This document shows, one piece after another, positions 55,729 to 64,000 of a stretch of 64,000 nucleotides of DNA; the first letter of the stretch is position 1; every line of letters begins with the position of its first letter. The stretch is from assembly GCF_009914755.1 (NCBI RefSeq), contig NC_060927.1. The stretch is one strand, 5' to 3'. The notes beneath the pieces are model-generated. The model was not told the origin of the DNA. It saw only the letters and a program-made list of their open reading frames with translations, and searched no databases. Origin of the DNA: the human T2T-CHM13v2.0 reference genome, Homo sapiens. Position numbers and translations under genes: made by a program.

Positions 55729-57885
55729 GTGAGTTGTCTATTTAATAAGATCAACAAGAGTTTGCTAAGACTGCCATAAATTCAAAATATCTTTAATGGG
55801 AAGATTATCACTTCCATAACGTTTTAATCTCAGAAAACTTTTTATGTAACTCAAAACTATTTCAAGTTATCAAACATTTTTGACAAGTAGGACTCCAGTG
55901 AAAAGAATTCTTCAACTAAAAAGAAAATAGTTGATTCATGTTTTCACAAGAATTTCTGCTGCATACAGAAAATTTTTTGTTCCAATTTAATTCATCATAA
56001 CTCTTAATTAGTTAGCATTTTTGTTAATCCATCACATATTGAAAATTAATACTAATACTGATGATCAAGAAAGATTTAAAAGACCTAAAATTCCTTCTGC
56101 ATCATTAGAAACATTCCATTATGTACAACATATATACTTTTAATATTTAGGAATGGATAAAATGTGTACAATAAAAATACCATAAAAATAGGGATTGTAT
56201 CTTAATAATTGTAGTATCCCTAGGTTCAAGCACTATAGTTAGCTAATAGAAGATTTTTATGATTGAAAATTGATATATAGGATTACTCTAGTTATTATAT
56301 CATTTGACTAACCAGAGTATTTACTACCCTGAACCAGATGGAATAATGGAGATTTTACTACATAAAAGATGAACTAATACCTCAATAAATACAGTGACAA
56401 CAGATATGCCTGAAGAAAAATAGAAGCAATGGCAACTGTCAGATATTCATATTTAACAGTAATCTTATAAAACGTAAATAGATTTGCAAATCATTATTAC
56501 AACTCTATAGGAGCATTGACCTCTTAAACCACATCCTATTTTCAGAGATATCATAATCTATAACATACTCATAAAAACACAGAATAATTTAAGAAGGAAA
56601 CAGTTTTTCTTTGTTACAAGGGCACAACCCGCATCTTGGGTTCTGTCCAGCTCCTTCACAGGTGCAGTGGTTGGTTATGAAGAAAAGTGTACCCAGCATA
56701 AATCTATCCCTACTACTCAGAAGCAGGTGTGATTCTGATGCCGGGGCACTGGCATCGCTCCCGTAGCCTTGCCTGTGTGTCTGTGTATATGTATATGTAT
56801 GAACACATCATCCTGTGTACTTTGAGTTAATCATTCAGAAATTGTGATGTATTTACACTAAAATAGCCTTACTCAACTTCATCTAATTCCCTCAGGAATA
56901 AGTCAGCTCCTTCCTGGAAAGCTGGACATAATAGGGCTGCAGTCTTGGAACAATGTGGAGGTAGCTGATTCTCACATAGATTTGTCAGTAGCTTTGGCAG
57001 AATCTAAGGATGTGAGCTAAAGGACCCTAAAAGCTCAAATTCCTAAAAAGAACCCTATTCCCATTATAGGTAGAACCATGTCTGTAAAACTAATATTTTC
57101 TGATGTTAAAACAGTGCTTGATTTCAGTATCAGAAAATAATGAATACCTTTTTAGGTAATAGGAAGAACACTGATTCTGATACTGAAAACATACCATAAT
57201 TCCAATTGTATAGGGCAGAGCTTGATCTAGTATAATTTGGGGCTCTGAACAGGTGGTTAATTTTAAATTGCCAAATGAGTCTTTATCCTTTATGATCAAA
57301 TATTAAAGACAATTAATCTTTAGGAGTTCAGTTTCTCAAAATTATAGCTTACATTCTCATCCCATTCTGGCATATATCTATGTGACTGACTTAGAAGATG
57401 TAGTCAAGGCTCTATAAAGCAGTGTCATCACTGTATTATGTCTCCCTATTGTTGCAAGCTCTTAAACACTTACTTCCACACAGGCTGTCTGTCTGTGATG
57501 GTACTGCCGGATGCTTTATGAACTCCGGAGTAAACTTCTGATGTGTGGTGCAAGAGTCATTGCCTTACCAAGCTATTTATTGTTGACAAGATACTGAGAT
57601 GAAGACACAGAAGAAAAATCTGCCATCCCTGAGTGCTAGATTAGAGAAACGCTAAGAATATTACACATCAGGAAAGAGTTTTAGTGAGACAAGGGGAGAA
57701 GTTTTGCTCTCTTTGATCCCTTTTGCTTCCAGAAAAGGGTATTAATGTTGGAGACTGTGAGGTAACAGCCCTTTGAGGTGATTCCTTCTCCACCTACGCC
57801 CAGTCTCCCAAGTGTTCAGTGATCCCTATTCTAGAAAACTCAGACAGGGCATGGGATTAGGGTTAGGGTGATCAGTGACTCTTCA

Positions 57886-58273
<388 letters not shown>

Positions 58274-58734
58274 TCCCGCCCTGCTAGCATGTCAAAATGT
58301 CTAAAATCATGGCACTGCTGAGTCTATTTCTGGCAGATTTGAAGAGCTGGGTTTTGTGGGTTTTGTTTTGGGGAGTGGATGGGAGACATTTTGTCTTGTT
58401 TTAATGCAAATGTTGAGTGCAATACCCCCTGGGGTGGATAATATTTTGGTTGTCATCTCCCTTGACAGAGATTTGTTTATTAAATGGATTTCTGACTGTA
58501 GCTGTTGAGATCAAGACCTTTGGGATAGAAACAGAGTTAAGCATTGACAGTTGTGTAGGTGTATGTGTGTGTAAGTATGCATGTGTATCTTCGCATGTAG
58601 AAAGAGGAGTAATAAAAAGATATCTTAATAGTGGAACAGGAGGACCACTGCATATTGGTGTGGAAGATGCCAGACAAATACTTCCTGTTTCATGACTTCC
58701 CTCAGTGCAGCTGGCCTCATACCCTTGACTGATC

Positions 58735-58912
58735 CTTTCTGAGAGTATCAGTTGAGAACTTTAATATGCATATAAATCACCCAGGGATCTTGCTAAAATA
58801 CAAAAATTCTGATTAAGTAAGTCTAGGTGGGACCTGAGATTCTGCATTTGTAAAAAGACCCTCAAAGAAACATATTCTGCTTGTCTATGGACAACATTTT
58901 GAGAAGAAAGGA
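58735..58912. mobile_element. MER5A-like hAT MITE
   Basis: aatcacccagggatcttgctaaaat...ctgagattctgcattt core. Confidence 0.7.
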
Positions 58913-59558
58913 CCTAGCAAGCCCTGGGATTTGGCTTACTTCTAGGTGGATGAGATAAGGGCTTATACAAGCTCTGAGGAAACCCCGGAATTAAGCCAGT
59001 TGCCCTATGGGACAGACCCATGGCTGCTGCTGCCCATGAGGGTGGTTCTGAGAGCCCTGCCAAGCCTACTCAAATGGACACACCCAGGAACAGATGAAGT
59101 GGCTTTAGGCGGCAGCTTACCCTCTTATGACATTATGGTAAATGCAATGATCTGGAAACTGGCAGAGGTGTTTCTGCTAAATTCTGCATTTGGGTTTTGG
59201 GAAACTGTCTCTCCTTTTTAGGTTTTAACCACTCTTTTCATACCCCTGAGTTTTGTTTTGACCAAGGCAGAGTTTCCACTTTACAGTCTAATCTAAAACT
59301 AGACAGACATGTTTAGGTCCCACATTTTATGTGGAAAGCTATGTTTCCCCTCTGTCACAAGGCAAAGTGTTCATCTCAAAATGCACATCTTACAATAATA
59401 TCTTCTTAATACACTATGAGGCTGAACACCTCAGCTTACAAAATCACTTGGTGATGAAATATGGCAGAAAAGTATCCTCAAACTGAAATGTTCAATCAAT
59501 GAAAAATAAATGTTTCCCATTGTGGAAACTGAGCATAACGCACCAATATCTTCTGTTC

Positions 59559-59771
59559 CAGGAACTGGCAACCTTCTTCTGTAAAGAGCTAGATAGTAAA
59601 TATATTTTAGGCTTTGTAGACTTTTTAATCTCTATCACAATTACTCAACTCTGTCACCTTAGCACAAAAGCAACCATGGACAATAGGTTAAAAGAAAAAA
59701 AGGGAAAAACTGTGTTCCAATAAAATTTTTATAAACATGATTTCACTGTAGGCCATAGTTTGCCAACCTCT
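59559..59771 (+). mobile_element. MER58A-like hAT MITE
   Basis: caggaactggcaac...gatagtaaatatattttaggc...ggccatagtttgccaacctct. Confidence 0.75.
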
Positions 59772-61513
59772 ATTTTAATCAATATACAGAGAAAAACATC
59801 TAGGCATTTATTTTCCAAGCCAATGTCCTGTCTTATTAAGGTACCACTTTGGAAGATAATGCTTATGATCCACCAGCTGTCAGACACACACTTAATGCTG
59901 GTCTTCTTTCTTTCAGTGTTAAGAATAAATTTGCATGCATTGATTCATCTACTTCCATTTGCCAGAATCCATAAATATGGTGTGGAGCAAAACAGTGACT
60001 TCCCTTGAGGGGCATATATGATGACACAGTGATGAGGCATTTGCTAGGGTAAACACTGAGGGGTGATCACATCACAAAGATCCCCAGGCTTCCTCAGCTT
60101 GAGAAGGTACATTCAGGAAAGTTTGGGGTCAGGAAACCACATAAATTAAGATCAAGAAGTCCCAGAAGTCACAGAGAGAATATTGTGTTTCAGAAATTGG
60201 GTTGAAATATTGCTTATTGGATAGAGGGGATTATTTGAGAGAGATGGAAAAAATGATAAGCAACATCAGGAAATTGGGAGTGTAATGACAGCCCAAATCA
60301 TAATTAGACTTGTGTGTCATGCTGAAGAGTTCAAACTTATTTTGGATGTATGAAGAAAAAGGATGGTCATTTTGTTAACCTATTCATATACTTCCCATAT
60401 AACCGTCCTCCACCTCCTCAGAGATTATTTGAACAAAAGCATTCATATAGTAGTGGATCAGAGCTAGCTATGAGTGCCACCCACAGCCACTGGCAATAGC
60501 AGTGCTACTAGCAATAAGAATAGAACATACATGCATCTAGCTTAGAAAAACCAATTCCTCCCACGGGGCTATGTGCTATCAAGTGACATAATGTAAGTAA
60601 AATATACTTGTCCCTTAAAGTACATTACAGAATAGAACCAATAGTTTAATTAGTAATTAAACATCCAAATAATTGATATATATCAGCAGATGTGTAACAC
60701 TGTAACCAGTAACATTATATCTACAAAAATCATAAAATCTTCTAACTTCAAAATCATCTAAGCACATTTAACCCACATGTTCCTAAAGTCAATAGAGCCT
60801 TCTGGCATTTGTAAATTGTCCTTCCAATAGGACTATTTTTAAATACAGTAATGGAGATTTAAGGAATTGACATAAATGTAAAATATAAGTAAAACCACAT
60901 TCTAGCCTCTGTTTCAACTCCCCCCAACACAGACACACGCACGCACACACACAAAAGAAAAAGTTGTAGCCAAACAAAAATATTATGACAAAAGTTGTCA
61001 TGTTAGAAAGCAGAAAAACATCACACATTTACTAATGTTACATCCAATTGGGTAGTTGTATCATTGTTTCTACTCTTGCTGATATAAAAATTTTTGTGAG
61101 TTTATGGATTTTGTAAACTGCATGATTACTTTTCAAACACTTGAAAATATTAAATGCTATAATAGTTTTACCAGGTCTTGGTAAAGTGTAACTTTTTCCA
61201 GGGAGCCTTCTCAGACCTCCCAATCTTTATCAGTGCCCCTTCGTTGTGTTCCTGTGGCCACCTATGCTTTCCACTGTCATGGTACTCAACACAATGCTTG
61301 GCTGCCTAGTTTCCAGGCCATAGGCCCTTTAAGGACGATCCCATGTCTTCCTCATTCATCATTATATCCCACTGCCTTGACCTTAATAGGGCCCCAATAT
61401 TGATTTGTTACATGATGAATAAATAAAGGAAAGTGTATTTAAGAACTAAGTCAATACTTTATCTTTTGATTACAATATTTTGTTCATTATAAATCTCTTT
61501 CTAATCCTTTAAG

Positions 61514-61606
61514 GTTCTGAAATTTCCTCAACAGACCCTCCACTGAGTGTTACAGAATCTACCCTTGACACCCAACCTTCTCCAGCCAGCAGTGTATCTC
61601 CTGCAA
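61514..61606 (+). CDS. CD96: CD96 exon 9 (start of Ser/Thr/Pro-rich stalk), 93 nt
   Basis: ctttaAG|GT TCT GAA = (G)SEISSTDPPLSVTESTLDTQPSPASSVSPA; donor A|GTAAGA. Confidence 0.95.
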
Positions 61607-62769
61607 GTAAGAATGTTTTCACACTGAGCTATTGATTTAACCAAGCAGATTGATAACGATAAAATTTCAGCAAACTTGCATCATTCATGCCTGTTTCTTA
61701 GCTATGACTTTTTTGGGGCTGAAATTGGGTTTTATTTTTTAACAGCTTTATTGAGATATAATTCACGTCACATTAACTTGCCCATTTAAAATGTATGATC
61801 TAATGGTTTTTAGTATGTTCACAGACTTGTACAACCATGACTACAGCCAATTTCAGAACATTTTCATCATCTAATAAAGAAACTCCTAAACATATTAAAG
61901 TATCATTCTCATGGCTTCAAAGAGTTAACATAGCTTCCAAAATCCTTTACTTAAAGCCCTGGGAAAATCAAGGTAAATAAATATTCAGTGAGGAATTTAA
62001 ATTCTGTATTTATTATTAAATAGGTTAATAAATGACAGTCATTCTCCAAAACAATGTTCTCAGTGGGGAGTTTAAGAGATTGGTTGTAAATGGGGATAGG
62101 CCAAAAGAGGTTGAATCCTTTTAAATTTAAATTTGTTCTGGTTCAAATTAATGTTGACAAAGTTGACTGGTAAGGACTATGAATTCAGCCCTCCCATCTG
62201 AGGCATCATTAATAATGGAGGTCAGTCTGGGTCAGCAATGCTATGGCAAAGGAGTGGCAGTGACTCTCAAAACTTGTCATTGATGCAACAAATCATAAAT
62301 TCCCACGTCTGTGGCTTTTGTGTCTAACAAAGAACCATGGTGACTCTCTAATACACAAAAGCTTATATTCTATGTAAAGTAGAAGTATGGCTCTCATTTC
62401 TCATTTAATTAAAACTATCAATTTTAGCTCAAAATGAGAACTGAAAATGGAATAAAACAAAAGCAGTCAGTAGGAATGAACAATTCCTTTGGCTGGTAAC
62501 CTTTGGCATGTAGCCTGCAGTCGCTGTCACAGGTTGATACTTCTCAGAAAATGAAGCAAGTGGCAGAAAAGCTTGCAAACCACCCATCAAAAGTTTCATA
62601 TCCATCTGATTTTCTCATGTTCTTAATGTTTTGTAATTTTTCTTTTCTTCTTTTTTTGAAGCCTCTTTTTCTTCTACTTTTAACTCACCGCCGGTTAATC
62701 ATGGCATTTTTCATTTAACAAGTATTAGCATATTCAAAAATAATAAAACCTTAAATCTCTCTAGTATCC

Positions 62770-63260
62770 TGTGTATTAGTTATCCATTGCTGCATTAAAA
62801 ATGCCCCAAATTTTAGCAAAACATATATTGTCGCATATGGTTTCTGGGGGTCAGAAATTCAGGAGCAGCCTAGCTGGAAGGTGCTAACCTGGGTTCTTTC
62901 ATGAGGTGCAGTCACACCGTTGGCTGAGGCTTCAGTCATCTGAAGGCCTGACTGGAACTAAAGAATCTGCTTCTAAGCTCTAGCATATAGATGGTCTCAG
63001 TTCCTCAGCACATGGTCTTCTCTATAGCTCTGCATACAATATGGCAGTTGGCTTCCTCTGGACCAAGTAATTCAAGAAACAGTGTGACTAAGTCAAAAGC
63101 CATATTGCCTTTTTATGGCTTAGTCTCCAAAATTGCATGTCATTACTTCTGCTTTATTTTATCTACTAGAAGTAAGTCACTAGGTCCATCTTATACTCAA
63201 GGGGATGAGAATTAGGCTCCAAGTCTCAAAGAATCTGTGAACAAATTAAAGCCACCATAC
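62770..63260 (-). mobile_element. MLT1-family MaLR LTR; approximate
   Basis: tgtattagttatccattgctgc...ggggtcagaaattcaggagcagc...gtcatctgaaggcctgactgg. Confidence 0.7.
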
Positions 63261-64000
63261 CCTGTCATTTAGAAGTGTCTGTAAATAAAAGGCAATGTGG
63301 TTTGATCTTTATTATGAGTGGTAGACAGAGCAAGCATTATTGTTCCCACTTGCCAGATGGGGACTTTAAGACACTGAGAGCTTAAGTGATCACATACCTA
63401 GTAAGTGACAGTGTTTTGCATTCACACCACAGTGTTATGACCAAATTTAGTTCTCACCACATTAGACACCATTTTTTCTCCAGTTGGTCTAAACATATCG
63501 TGAGAACAGGAACCGTATTTGTTTTTCCTCCTAGCACAGAGTAGAGAGTCAAAAACTATTAGTTGAATAACTAACTGAATGAATGAAATAATTAATAAGA
63601 ATAATGTTCCTTCACTATGTAGATGTTATTTAATAGATTATTTAATGCTAAAGAAAAAAGATAAAAATAGATTTCTGCCTTCAGAAAGGTTGCAGTCTAC
63701 TTGGAAGAGAAGGTATACACACATAAAAATAATAATTCAAAATACTAAGATGAAAGGTGGTGTACCTTACAGAATTAAAATGCCCAGGGAGAGGTACAAA
63801 CCAGTAAGTATTAGACTTTGAAAGTTCTTTGTGAGTTCATGGGCTCAGAAAATGTTACCCGGGAGAGATGAAATAACTTGACCTTTGAAGTATGTATTGT
63901 ATATATTTGACTCAGTGGAGAGCTCGAAAGAACGTTCTAAACAGAGAAAACAAAGTGAGCATTTGTGCAGTGACAAAGATGTTTATGGGCATTTGAGAAA

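Overview
Human (primate) genomic DNA, recognisable as the CD96 (TACTILE) locus at 3q13. The + strand carries eight CD96 coding exons (the 3' part of exon 2 through exon 9, including the 48-nt alternative exon 4). All have canonical AG/GT boundaries and compatible phases; most are missed by the ORF track. ZBED2, a BED-finger gene, is nested antisense in intron 6. Intron 2 holds a full-length antisense L1PA2 with intact ORF1 and ORF0 and an ORF2 broken by one nonsense codon; its first ORF0 splice donor is in phase with CD96 exon 3. Intron 3 holds an antisense, partially spliced retrocopy of the 3' end of NECTIN2 (CD112, delta isoform) with an open cytoplasmic-tail frame and an apparently retained splice acceptor. 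Two complete THE1 (MaLR) elements flank exon 6. The remainder is typical interspersed repeat (Alu, L2, old L1, MST/MLT, MER). Gene identities come from recalled protein sequences and repeat subfamilies were assigned by eye; no searches were run.
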